From: Candidatus Nanopelagicaceae bacterium
GTDB lineage: Bacteria; Actinomycetota; Actinomycetes; Nanopelagicales; Nanopelagicaceae
Direction: 5' to 3'
Length of the DNA stretch: 64,000 bases
Assembly (NCBI GenBank): GCA_036752125.1
Contig: DAIOTH010000001.1
Span: 8,642 to 72,641 of the forward strand
Part shown: positions 31,553 through 39,909 of the stretch, piece after piece
Position numbering within the stretch: the first letter of the stretch is position 1
Layout of the letters: every line of letters begins with the position of its first letter
The notes under the pieces: model-generated
What the model was told of the DNA's origin: nothing
Seen by the model: the letters and a program-made list of their open reading frames with translations, nothing else
The model's database searches: none
Translations under genes and position numbers: made by a program

Positions 31553-32989
31553 TTAGCTAACCCAGGTGTTGATTGGGTTATTGAGGAAGTAGATCATGAA
31601 CAATCCAGCAACAAGGAGGAGCAGAGGATGAACATCCTTGCTTCGACCTTGTAGGAATCGAATGACTACATATGAAACAAATCCAGCGCCAATACCTACT
31701 GAGATGTTATAGGTGAATGGCATCAGAATGATGGTCAAGAATGCCGGGATTGCGATTCCGTAATCTTCCCAATCAATTGATTTGATTTGAGTCATCATCA
31801 AGAAGCCTACGATGATCAAGGCTGGAGTTGCAGCCTCATAAGGAATGATTGCTACAAGCGGTGCGAGGAAGGTAGTGAGCAGGAAGAGCACACCAGTTAC
31901 AACTGAAGCTAATCCAGTACGAGCGCCTTCGCCTACGCCAGAAGCTGACTCAATATAAGAAGTGTTAGAAGAAACGCCAGCGGCGCCACCAGCTGCAGCA
32001 GCAAGTGAGTCCACAAGGAGAATGCGATCTGCATTTGGAGGAGTTCCATCTTTATCGTTGAGGCCGGCTTCTTGACCAATTGCAGTCATCGTTCCCATGG
32101 TGTCGAAGAAGTCCGCCAAGAGAAGTGTGAAAACAAGGAGAAGTGCCGTGATTAATGGAACGCGGTCAAAGGAACCAAATAGATTGAAGGAACCTAGTAG
32201 ACCAAAGTCTGGAGTTGCAACAACTGAATCTGGAACAGCTGGAACATTTAAGTTCCAACCTTTTGGATTGACGTTGCCAGTAGCTCCATCAAATAGTGGT
32301 CCAACTTTGAACGCACTTTCAATGGCAACCGCGAGAGCAGTTGAGATGACAATACCGATGAGAAGAGCTGCCTTAACTTTGCGGACCATAAGGCCAATGG
32401 TGAGGAATAAACCAAATGCGAAGACAACTACTGGCCAACCAACAAGTTCGCCATTATTGCCCAGCGTTACTGGAACGGGTCCAGTGCCGGTGCGGCGGAC
32501 GAAGCCAGCATCAACAAGACCGATAAGTGCGATAAACAAACCAATACCAACTGAGATCGCAATCTTGAGTTGAGTTGGTACTGCGCGGAAGACCGCAGTG
32601 CGGAATCCAGTGAGAACCAAGACGGTGATGATGATGCCCTCGAGGACAACAAGTCCCATCGCATCAGCCCATGTCATCTTGGAAGCGATTGCCACAGCAA
32701 CAAAGGTGTTCAAACCAAGTCCTGTTGCCAGAGCTAACGGGAAGTTTGCGACAACGCCCATAAGAATTGAGAGGACGCCAGCGACAAGCGCTGTTGCCGC
32801 TGCAACGAGGGCTAGATTCGGGGCGTCTCCGCCACCGAGATATTTCCCATCGCCATCTTTTGCAAGACCAATGATGAGTGGATTGAGAGCGACGATGTAA
32901 GCCATCGTGAAGAAGGTAACTACGCCGCCGCGAACCTCTTGAGCTACCGAGGATCCGCGTTGAGATATTTTGAAGTAAGAATCGAGCAT
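31553..32989 (-). CDS. NCS2/AzgA-family purine (adenine/guanine/hypoxanthine) permease
   Basis: 478 aa polytopic protein. N-terminus FKISQRGSSVAQEVRGGVVTFFTMAYIVALNP is typical of PbuG/AdeQ-type permeases. SD AAAGGAAG upstream. Confidence 0.85.
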   Translation of the reverse strand: MLDSYFKISQRGSSVAQEVRGGVVTFFTMAYIVALNPLIIGLAKDGDGKYLGGGDAPNLALVAAATALVAGVLSILMGVVANFPLALATGLGLNTFVAVAIASKMTWADAMGLVVLEGIIITVLVLTGFRTAVFRAVPTQLKIAISVGIGLFIALIGLVDAGFVRRTGTGPVPVTLGNNGELVGWPVVVFAFGLFLTIGLMVRKVKAALLIGIVISTALAVAIESAFKVGPLFDGATGNVNPKGWNLNVPAVPDSVVATPDFGLLGSFNLFGSFDRVPLITALLLVFTLLLADFFDTMGTMTAIGQEAGLNDKDGTPPNADRILLVDSLAAAAGGAAGVSSNTSYIESASGVGEGARTGLASVVTGVLFLLTTFLAPLVAIIPYEAATPALIIVGFLMMTQIKSIDWEDYGIAIPAFLTIILMPFTYNISVGIGAGFVSYVVIRFLQGRSKDVHPLLLLVAGLFMIYFLNNPINTWVS

Positions 32990-33101
32990 GCTCTTCCTTT
33001 CATCCCAGAAAAACAGGATGGCGCTAATTTTTTAACGGTGGTGGTTGCGACACCGAGTGGAGTCAGTCCACAGGCTGAGGGGAGTACGAGAAACCTATTG
33101 G

Positions 33102-33764
33102 TTACTTCTGGGTAAGTCGGGCAACGACACCAAAAGAAGTCGCTACGGAGTACCCGATGAACAAGGCGAAAAGCGCTGTTCCAAGGCCTACTCGACCACC
33201 CAAGAGAGCGCCACAGATGAGGACAAAAACTTCAATCATGAGTCGTACTCGCCCTACTGGTATTCCAGTTCGCTTGTGTAGTGATGTCATCCACCCATCG
33301 CGCGGACCTGGGCCAAGTCCGCATGTTATGTAGAGCGCAGATCCAGCGCCAACGAGAACAATACCTACAACAACATAGAGCAGCTCAAGTGAGAAATTAT
33401 TCGGGTGCGGGATGTTTTCAATTCCAATATCAATTGCAGTAGCAACGATGAGAATATTTGCCAAAGTTCCAAACCCAGGTTTCTCTTTCAAGGGAATCCA
33501 TAGGATCAATACGATTCCACTTATAAGAAAGGTGGCTTCACCAACCGACAGAGGTGTTCTCAGGGATATTCCTTGAGCCAGTACCGACCATGGCGCATTA
33601 CCGAGATCTGAAACGATTAACAAGCTATCGCCAATTCCAAAAATAAAGAGACCGAAAGCAAGAATCAATACTCGAGATGCTCTTAAATCCCAGCGATGGG
33701 ATGCAGTCCAGGGAGTTAATGGAACTGTTTTATGCGGTTTGAGGCGCTCGATGAAATCACGCAC
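33102..33764 (-). CDS. YczE/YitT-like integral membrane protein
   Basis: 220 aa, about 6 TM helices. GIGDSLLIVSDLGNAPWSVLAQGIS resembles the YczE-family N-terminal motif. Confidence 0.5.
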   Translation of the reverse strand: MRDFIERLKPHKTVPLTPWTASHRWDLRASRVLILAFGLFIFGIGDSLLIVSDLGNAPWSVLAQGISLRTPLSVGEATFLISGIVLILWIPLKEKPGFGTLANILIVATAIDIGIENIPHPNNFSLELLYVVVGIVLVGAGSALYITCGLGPGPRDGWMTSLHKRTGIPVGRVRLMIEVFVLICGALLGGRVGLGTALFALFIGYSVATSFGVVARLTQK

Positions 33765-33770
33765 TTTCGA

Positions 33771-33776
33771 ACGCTA
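33771..33776 (-). promoter_or_regulatory. -10 element for the leaderless YczE-like gene
   Basis: Minus strand reads TAGCGT, then TCGAAA (6 nt), then the GTG at 33764. Confidence 0.4.
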
Positions 33777-33795
33777 CACCATTTGTGCGTTATTT

Positions 33796-33819
33796 AATGC
33801 TTTAGATAATGCTTTAGAC
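33796..33819 (+). repeat. 2 x 12-bp tandem direct repeat AATGCTTTAGA(T/C)
   Basis: Read directly from the sequence. The second copy contributes the -10 TAGACT of the DUF554 gene. Confidence 0.9.
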
Positions 33820-33820
33820 T
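33815..33820 (+). promoter_or_regulatory. -10 element for the leaderless DUF554 gene
   Basis: TAGACT, then GATCTTT (7 nt), then the ATG at 33828. No SD. Confidence 0.4.
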
Positions 33821-33827
33821 GATCTTT

Positions 33828-34559
33828 ATGTTTGTGGGTGTAGGCACAGTCATCAATATTGCCGCAATCGTTGTTGGCGCGGCTCTCGGTGTATTGATCG
33901 GAAACCGTTTAGCCGAAAGAACTCGAGTTTTGATGACCGATGTTTTGGGAGCAATCACCCTCATCGGCGCGGCATCATCTATTAAGGCGTTGTGGAATCA
34001 AGATCTTGCCAGCGCGTTGCCACAAGGATGGCCCATCATGGTTGTTCTAGGGTCGCTGCTCATTGGAGGATTAATCGGCTCGACGTTGAATATCGAAGCG
34101 CGCCTTGAACAGCTCGGTGTGAGGCTAAAAAAACGTTTTGATCGTCATGGAGATTCTCCATTTGTTGAAGGTTTCGTTACCGCTTCTTTGATTTTTGCAA
34201 TTGGACCGCTTGCCATCCTCGGCAGCATCAGCGATGGGATGTCCACTGGTATTGATCAATTAGTCCTGAAGAGTACTTTGGACTTTTTCGCTTCAATCGC
34301 TTTTGCAGCAGCGTTAGGTTGGGGCGTTGCGGTATCGGCCTTACCTGTGGGTGTATATCAATTCGCTTGGACCGGAATAGGTTTTGCCCTCGGTTCAATT
34401 CTTGCTGATTATCAAGTAAGCGCTATGACTGCTACGGGTGGAATTTTGCTCTTAGGAATCGCCTTTAAGTTATTGAACATCAAATCGATTGCTATCGGAA
34501 ATTTGCTACCAGCACTTGCTGTTGCACCCTTACTTGCGCTGGCTATTGGTGCTCTTTAA
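33828..34559 (+). CDS. DUF554-family membrane protein (YdfK/YqgA-like)
   Basis: 243 aa. N-terminus GVGTVINIAAIVVGAALGVLIGNRL and polytopic profile. Confidence 0.65.
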   Translation: MFVGVGTVINIAAIVVGAALGVLIGNRLAERTRVLMTDVLGAITLIGAASSIKALWNQDLASALPQGWPIMVVLGSLLIGGLIGSTLNIEARLEQLGVRLKKRFDRHGDSPFVEGFVTASLIFAIGPLAILGSISDGMSTGIDQLVLKSTLDFFASIAFAAALGWGVAVSALPVGVYQFAWTGIGFALGSILADYQVSAMTATGGILLLGIAFKLLNIKSIAIGNLLPALAVAPLLALAIGAL

Positions 34560-35599
34560 AAACTTGAAGCATCAATCACAAAGCGATATTTGACATCGCT
34601 TGCAACCGTTCTTTCATAGGCTTTATTGATGTAGTCAGCCTTGATAACTTCGACATCGCTGACAATATTCTTCTCGCCACAGAAATTAAGCATCTCTTGC
34701 AGTTCGGGCATTCCACCAATCATCGAACCCGCAATTGATCGACGTCCATCAAGCATGGTTCCAGCGTTTACGGCATATGGTTTACCTGGAAGCCCAATAA
34801 TGACCAGAGTTCCATCAGTAGCGAGAGTTGAAAGATACGGATCGAGATCGAGATCTGCGCTTACTGTATTGAGAATCAAATCAAACTTCTTACGTAGCGG
34901 TTTATGCCACTCGTTTCCGCGGGTAATTATGAAATTTTTTGCACCCATTGATTTTGCATCTGACTCTTTCTGTTCAGAATGGGAAAAAACAGTAACGTCA
35001 GCGCCAAGAGCGGCGGCAAATTTAACTCCCATATGTCCCAATCCGCCGAGACCCATCACTGCAACTTTGGATGCAGAGTCAACTTTCCAATGCTTTATAG
35101 GTGAATAAAGAGTGATACCCGCGCACAAAAGGGGAGCAACACCTGCGGGATCAAGATTTTTGGGAATTGAAACTGCGTAATCTTCATCGATAACAAAATA
35201 GTTTGAGTAACCACCGAATGCAATGGTGGTTGAATTTCTCTCATATCCGTTATAGGTCCCCGTCATACCTTCGAGGCAATATTGCTGGAGACCCTTGGTG
35301 CAATTAACGCACTTTCGGCATGAATCTATAAAAACACCAACGCCAATAGCGTCTCCAACTTTGAACTTCGAAGTTTTTGAGCCTACCTCCGTAACGGTTC
35401 CAACAATTTCATGGCCTGGAACCATAGGAAAAAGTGCGGAACCCCATTCCTCGCGAACTTGATGAATGTCAGAGTGACAGATTCCTGCGTAATCAATTTT
35501 GAAACCAATATCGTTTTCGCGAAGTGATCGTCTTTCAAATTCAAAAGGTGATAAATCTGCTCGCGCGGACAAGGCCGCATATCCTCGGGTCGTTGTCAT
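34556..35599 (-). CDS. zinc-dependent NAD(P)-dependent alcohol dehydrogenase (cinnamyl-ADH / YahK / AdhC-like)
   Basis: GICHSDIH catalytic Zn motif, structural Zn cysteines CRKCVNCTKGLQQYC, GLGGLGH dinucleotide loop. Confidence 0.88.
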   Translation of the reverse strand: MTTTRGYAALSARADLSPFEFERRSLRENDIGFKIDYAGICHSDIHQVREEWGSALFPMVPGHEIVGTVTEVGSKTSKFKVGDAIGVGVFIDSCRKCVNCTKGLQQYCLEGMTGTYNGYERNSTTIAFGGYSNYFVIDEDYAVSIPKNLDPAGVAPLLCAGITLYSPIKHWKVDSASKVAVMGLGGLGHMGVKFAAALGADVTVFSHSEQKESDAKSMGAKNFIITRGNEWHKPLRKKFDLILNTVSADLDLDPYLSTLATDGTLVIIGLPGKPYAVNAGTMLDGRRSIAGSMIGGMPELQEMLNFCGEKNIVSDVEVIKADYINKAYERTVASDVKYRFVIDASSF

Positions 35600-35602
35600 G
35601 GG

Positions 35603-36244
35603 TCAATTAAAGGGTAGAGGATCGATTGATTGGTGCGCAGCGCCTGAATTCCTGGCCGTGACTTTTCGCATATGGTGGCGACGGCACAAAACTTCATATG
35701 CAACTTCGCTGGCAGCATTGGTGTCTCCAACGACAACTTGTTCACCTTCAGTCACCATGACTCCACCAACTGTTCGCGCGTTATGCGTAGCACGCTCTCC
35801 ACACCAACATAGGGCTTCTACCTGAAGTGTGTGAACACGATCTGCTAGCTCTACCAAGCGGGCAGAACCTGGAAAGAGCTTGGTTCTAAAATCGGTGAGG
35901 ATTCCGAAGGCGTAAACGTCAATCCCGAGACCATCGGCAATCCGGGCTAATTGCTCAATCTGAGAGGGCGCGTAGAACTGCGCTTCGTCACAAATTACGT
36001 AATCGATCCGTTTTCCAGTTGATAACTGATCAACTACAAACTTATGCAAATCCATCTCCTCTGAAACTTCGAGGGCTTCAGATGTTAATCCAAGCCTGGA
36101 AGAAATCTTTCCAGCGCCAGCGCGGTCTCGATTAGTGAAGAGCAGCCCTGCACGGCCACGACTCTCATGATTATGTGCGGTTTGCAGCGCAAGAGTGGAC
36201 TTGCCGCTATCCATGGTTCCGCAGTAATAGATTAATTCAGCCAC
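35603..36244 (-). CDS. tdk: thymidine kinase
   Basis: P-loop GTMDSGKST, FGAGK-like AGAGKISSRLG, CDEAQF and EGEQVVVG. Aligns by eye along its length with E. coli Tdk. Confidence 0.88.
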   Translation of the reverse strand: MAELIYYCGTMDSGKSTLALQTAHNHESRGRAGLLFTNRDRAGAGKISSRLGLTSEALEVSEEMDLHKFVVDQLSTGKRIDYVICDEAQFYAPSQIEQLARIADGLGIDVYAFGILTDFRTKLFPGSARLVELADRVHTLQVEALCWCGERATHNARTVGGVMVTEGEQVVVGDTNAASEVAYEVLCRRHHMRKVTARNSGAAHQSIDPLPFN

Positions 36245-36247
36245 GTG

Positions 36248-36799
36248 TTACGCCTTTAAAAGTGAAATTATCGAGACATCGGGGTGAGTTTCATGAATTA
36301 TTTTGCGGCCTTGTAAGAATTCGATCTCTAACATAAAAAGATGCGCAACAACATTAGCTCCGGTTATACCGACGAGATCATGACAGGCAAGAGCGGTACC
36401 GCCGGTGGCAAGTACGTCATCCACGATGATGACATTATCGCTTGGTGCGAGAAGATCCTTGTGAAGTTCAAGAGCGTCAAAACCATATTCGAGCGCATAC
36501 TCTTTTCGATATACCTCACGGGGTAATTTCCCGGGCTTTCGAACTGTAACAAAACCGATTTCTAGAGCTTTCGCTATTGCTCCGCCGAGAATGAAACCGC
36601 GACTTTCAATACCTACGATTGCATCGATTCCGCGATTTAAACTTCTTATAGCACGAGCGAATTCATCAATCACAACTCCGAAACCAGGTCCGTCCGCAAG
36701 AAGCGGGGTGATGTCTTTGAAAAGAATTCCGGGTTTTGGGTAATCAGGAACATCAGCAATCAACGAAAGCGCTCTTTGAAGTGGGGTTTGCTGGCTCAC
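36248..36799 (-). CDS. apt: adenine phosphoribosyltransferase
   Basis: DVPDYPKPGILFKDITPLL and PRPP motif VIIVDDVLATGGT. Confidence 0.94.
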   Translation of the reverse strand: MSQQTPLQRALSLIADVPDYPKPGILFKDITPLLADGPGFGVVIDEFARAIRSLNRGIDAIVGIESRGFILGGAIAKALEIGFVTVRKPGKLPREVYRKEYALEYGFDALELHKDLLAPSDNVIIVDDVLATGGTALACHDLVGITGANVVAHLFMLEIEFLQGRKIIHETHPDVSIISLLKA

Positions 36800-36805
36800 G
36801 GCGGG

Positions 36806-36811
36806 AGCGTA
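36806..36811 (-). promoter_or_regulatory. -10 element for leaderless apt
   Basis: Minus strand reads TACGCT, then CCCGCC (6 nt), then the GTG at 36799. Lies 12 nt downstream of the tRNA 3' end. Confidence 0.4.
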
Positions 36812-36822
36812 TCTATAAAACG

Positions 36823-36906
36823 TGTCCGAGAGGGGACTTGAACCCCTAATCCCTTTCGAGAACTAACACCTCAAGCTAGCGCGTCTGCCAATTCCGCCAC
36901 CCGGAC
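36823..36906 (-). tRNA. tRNA-Leu (anticodon GAG)
   Basis: Folded by hand. Acceptor stem GTCCGGG/CTCGGAC with discriminator A. D-arm GCG-GAATTGGCAGA-CGC. Anticodon stem CTAGC/GTTAG with loop TT-GAG-GT. Long variable arm. T-arm AGGGG-TTCAAGT-CCCCT. CCA is not encoded. Confidence 0.9.
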
Positions 36907-36929
36907 AATGAGAGGGCATACTTTAGCCC

Positions 36930-38249
36930 ATGAAACTCAACGATGCTCAACGCCTAGAACTTGAAGCAGATGTAGTGCAACTCTGCCAAGAATTGATTCG
37001 AATCCCCAGCGTGAATTTTGGCGATGGCAAGGGCGATGAAGAGGCAGCTGCAAATTACGTTGCATCGAAGCTTGAAGAAGTTGGGATTAAAACCAAGATC
37101 TACCAAAGTGCACCTAAGCGGTGTTCTGTCGTTGCAAATATTGAAGGTCAAGATCCATCACTTCCTGGGCTCGTTGTTCACGGTCACATTGATGTTGTTC
37201 CAGCCAATGCAGCAGATTGGTCAGTAGATCCTTTTTCCGGAGTTATCAAGGATGGATGCATTTGGGGTCGTGGCGCCGTCGATATGAAAAATATGGATGC
37301 GATGATGCTTGGTGTATTCAGGCTGTGGGCCCGCCACGGGTTTAAGCCACAACGAAATTTTGTGATTGTTTTCTTTGCCGACGAAGAAGCTGGTGGCATT
37401 TTTGGTTCTCGCTGGATGGCGCAAAATCACCCCGAAGTTTTTAGCAATTGCAATGAAGCGGTCTCTGAAGTTGGTGGGTTCTCGTTAACCCTAAGCTCAG
37501 GTAAACGGATCTATCCCATCGAAACCGCTGAAAAAGGTATTGAGTGGATGAAGTTGACTGCTTCAGGATTAGCCGGCCATGGTTCCATGGTCAATACTGC
37601 CAACGCGGTCACCAGACTTGCCGACGCTGTATCGCGAATTGGTAACTATAAATGGCCACAGCGAATGACGAAGACAAACGAAGCATTTCTTCGCAAAGTC
37701 GCTGAACTCACTGGTCATACATATGATGAAAAAAATCTGGAACCGATAGTAAAAGAGCTGGGATCGATAGCGAGAATGTTGGGCGCAACATTAACCAATA
37801 CTGCGAACCCATCGATGTTAGAAGCGGGTTATAAAGCTAACGTCATTCCACAAACCGCAAGCGCAGTTGTGGATGGGCGTACGATTCCAGGTTATGAAAG
37901 TGAGTTAATGGAAACGATAAAGCAACTTGCCGGGGAGCATGTTCTTGTTGAAAGTATTGTTTCCGATATCCCACTGGAAGTAGATTTTTCAGGTCCATTA
38001 GTAGAGAAAATGATTGCTGCGGTTAAATCAGAGGACCCCGAAGGTATTCCTGTTCCTTATCTGATGAGCGGTGGCACTGATAATAAAGCGCTAGCGAAAC
38101 TTGGCATCGCAGGCTACGGATTTAGCCCGCTCCAACTACCTCCAGATCTAGATTTTTTAGCGCTATTCCACGGCGTTGACGAGAGAGTTCCTGTTGACTC
38201 TTTGAAGTTCGGCGCACGTGCGCTACAAACATTCCTCGCGAGTGCTTAA
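36930..38249 (+). CDS. M20-family metallopeptidase / dipeptidase
   Basis: 439 aa. HGHIDVVP and GRGAVDMK metal-site motifs. Confidence 0.82.
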   Translation: MKLNDAQRLELEADVVQLCQELIRIPSVNFGDGKGDEEAAANYVASKLEEVGIKTKIYQSAPKRCSVVANIEGQDPSLPGLVVHGHIDVVPANAADWSVDPFSGVIKDGCIWGRGAVDMKNMDAMMLGVFRLWARHGFKPQRNFVIVFFADEEAGGIFGSRWMAQNHPEVFSNCNEAVSEVGGFSLTLSSGKRIYPIETAEKGIEWMKLTASGLAGHGSMVNTANAVTRLADAVSRIGNYKWPQRMTKTNEAFLRKVAELTGHTYDEKNLEPIVKELGSIARMLGATLTNTANPSMLEAGYKANVIPQTASAVVDGRTIPGYESELMETIKQLAGEHVLVESIVSDIPLEVDFSGPLVEKMIAAVKSEDPEGIPVPYLMSGGTDNKALAKLGIAGYGFSPLQLPPDLDFLALFHGVDERVPVDSLKFGARALQTFLASA

Positions 38250-38258
38250 TAAAGATAT

Positions 38259-39209
38259 TTAGGAATCTGAAGAAACTTCATCGAGCGCTTCACGAACCGG
38301 CACGGGAATTGTTACCGATTCAGAACTAAGCGCTCCACGTAATTGCGCTCCAGTTCGCGCGCCCACAACTGCAGCTGTCACGCCTGGACAATCTCTAACC
38401 CAAGCCAGAGAAACTTCTAATGGAGATAGTCCTAAACCATCGGCTGCAACCATAACTGCTTCAACTATTCGCATCGATCTCTCATTTAGATATGGAGTAA
38501 TAAATGCAGAAAAATGTGGACTTGCTCCGCGGGAATCAGATGGCATTCCACCGCGATATTTTCCAGTTAGGACTCCACGTCCGAGGGGAGACCAGGCCAG
38601 GAAGCCAACGCCAAGTTCAATAGATGCAGGCAACACTTCTCGTTCAACGCGACGGTTCAGTAAAGAATATTCATTTTGAGTACTAACTATCGGTGCTTTC
38701 CCAAAAAGAGGATTTTGTAAAGTGACGCTACGAGCAGTTTGCCATCCAGAGAAATTCGATATTCCCACATGACGAGCCTTGCCAGAATTAAGGGCGTAGT
38801 CCATCGCACCCAAGGTTTCTTCTAACGGAGTCTTTTCATCCCAGGTATGAATCTGCCACAAGTCGATGTAGTCGGTACCAAGTCTTGTTAACGACTTGTC
38901 GAGATCAGAGATAAGTGAGGTTCGAGAATTATCAACTTTTCTCTCACCAGTTTTAAAGCTAATTCCTGCTTTTGTTGCGATAACAACTTCATCTCGGGGG
39001 ATGAGCACCCCTAGAAGCCCACCGAGAACTCTCTCCGAATCGCCATCTCCGTAGACGGCGGCGGTATCAATGAAGTTTCCACCAGCATCCAGGAAAAAGC
39101 GAAGTTGTTCTGCCGCTTCATGTTCGTCGGTATCCCGACCCCAGGTCATAGTTCCAAGCGCCAAACGCGAGACTCGAACACCGCTTCGTCCTAGTTGGCG
39201 TAGTTCCAT
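38259..39209 (-). CDS. aldo/keto reductase
   Basis: 316 aa. GTMTWG, DTAAVYG and HVGISNF motifs. Confidence 0.88.
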   Translation of the reverse strand: MELRQLGRSGVRVSRLALGTMTWGRDTDEHEAAEQLRFFLDAGGNFIDTAAVYGDGDSERVLGGLLGVLIPRDEVVIATKAGISFKTGERKVDNSRTSLISDLDKSLTRLGTDYIDLWQIHTWDEKTPLEETLGAMDYALNSGKARHVGISNFSGWQTARSVTLQNPLFGKAPIVSTQNEYSLLNRRVEREVLPASIELGVGFLAWSPLGRGVLTGKYRGGMPSDSRGASPHFSAFITPYLNERSMRIVEAVMVAADGLGLSPLEVSLAWVRDCPGVTAAVVGARTGAQLRGALSSESVTIPVPVREALDEVSSDS

Positions 39210-39215
39210 GAAAAG

Positions 39216-39221
39216 ACCCTA
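39216..39221 (-). promoter_or_regulatory. -10 element for the leaderless aldo/keto reductase gene
   Basis: Minus strand reads TAGGGT, then CTTTTC (6 nt), then the ATG at 39209. Confidence 0.45.
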
Positions 39222-39228
39222 GCAGCAA

Positions 39229-39234
39229 TAACCT
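39229..39234 (+). promoter_or_regulatory. -10 element for the leaderless histidine phosphatase gene
   Basis: TAACCT, then TGGAAC (6 nt), then the ATG at 39241. Confidence 0.45.
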
Positions 39235-39240
39235 TGGAAC

Positions 39241-39909
39241 ATGACGACCTTCCTACTTCTGCGTCATGCCCATTCTGTGGCTAATGATCAAGGAGTTCTA
39301 GCTGGACGTGTAGATGGAGTGGTTCTTTCGAAAGTGGGAGAGTCGCAAGCAAAGAAACTTCCCAAGGCTTTGGAAGATTGGAAAATTAACCGATTTTTTT
39401 CTAGTCCATTAGATCGTTGCATCATGACAGTTAAGCCAATTCTGGCCGATCGCAGTAAAAAGGTGTTCCTCGATAAAGAATTTATTGAAATGGATTATGG
39501 ACTTTGGTCAGGTAAGAAACTGAGTCGCCTCCGTCGAGAGAAGGGTTGGAAAAGAATTCAAAGAGAGCCGATGTCATTTACTTTCCCAGAAGGTGAAGCT
39601 TTCAGCTCTGCTGCTCATCGGATTGAAAGGCGATTGCGCAAACTATCCAACCTTTACCCTAAAGAGACGATTCTTATTGTGACTCATGGCGACATCATCA
39701 AGCTTGCTACGCAATTAACTCTTGATGGTGATTTGAACAAATTTCAACGTTTGGTTGTCGATACCTGTTCGTTAACCGTCTTAGAGTGGAACAGAACGTC
39801 TCGCTCATTGGTAAGTTTTAATCAGCGCTTGATTAAGTCCTCAAAAAAGCAATCTCGACGGAACACTCTCAAGAATCGTCGTATTGTCGGAGGGGGTTCG
39901 GGTGTCTAG
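39241..39909 (+). CDS. histidine phosphatase superfamily protein (MSMEG_4193-type putative phosphomutase)
   Basis: LLLRHAHS (RHG-type catalytic His) and VTHGDII second His motif. Basic tail ending GGGSGV. Confidence 0.8.
   Translation: MTTFLLLRHAHSVANDQGVLAGRVDGVVLSKVGESQAKKLPKALEDWKINRFFSSPLDRCIMTVKPILADRSKKVFLDKEFIEMDYGLWSGKKLSRLRREKGWKRIQREPMSFTFPEGEAFSSAAHRIERRLRKLSNLYPKETILIVTHGDIIKLATQLTLDGDLNKFQRLVVDTCSLTVLEWNRTSRSLVSFNQRLIKSSKKQSRRNTLKNRRIVGGGSGV

Noticed and set aside
32097-32573. 158-aa ORF antisense to the NCS2 permease. The same applies to 34641..35108 antisense to the ADH, 21624..22043 antisense to coaBC, 24027..24413 antisense to priA and 27561..27983 antisense to rsmB.
   Set aside because: All are embedded in stronger opposite-strand genes with clear family motifs. 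Their translations are Arg/Ser/Pro-rich, as expected for antisense frames.
32990-33101. Possible purine or xanthine riboswitch in the 112-nt leader of the NCS2 purine permease.
   Set aside because: The minus-strand RNA has small hairpins (GUGGA-CUGAC-UCCAC, CGGUG...CACCG, CAUCC...GGAUG). It lacks the purine-aptamer junction signatures (UAUAAU...GGAUAUGG...GUUUCUACC...CCGUAAAU...GACUA). I cannot assign it to any riboswitch class from memory, so a covariance-model scan would be needed.
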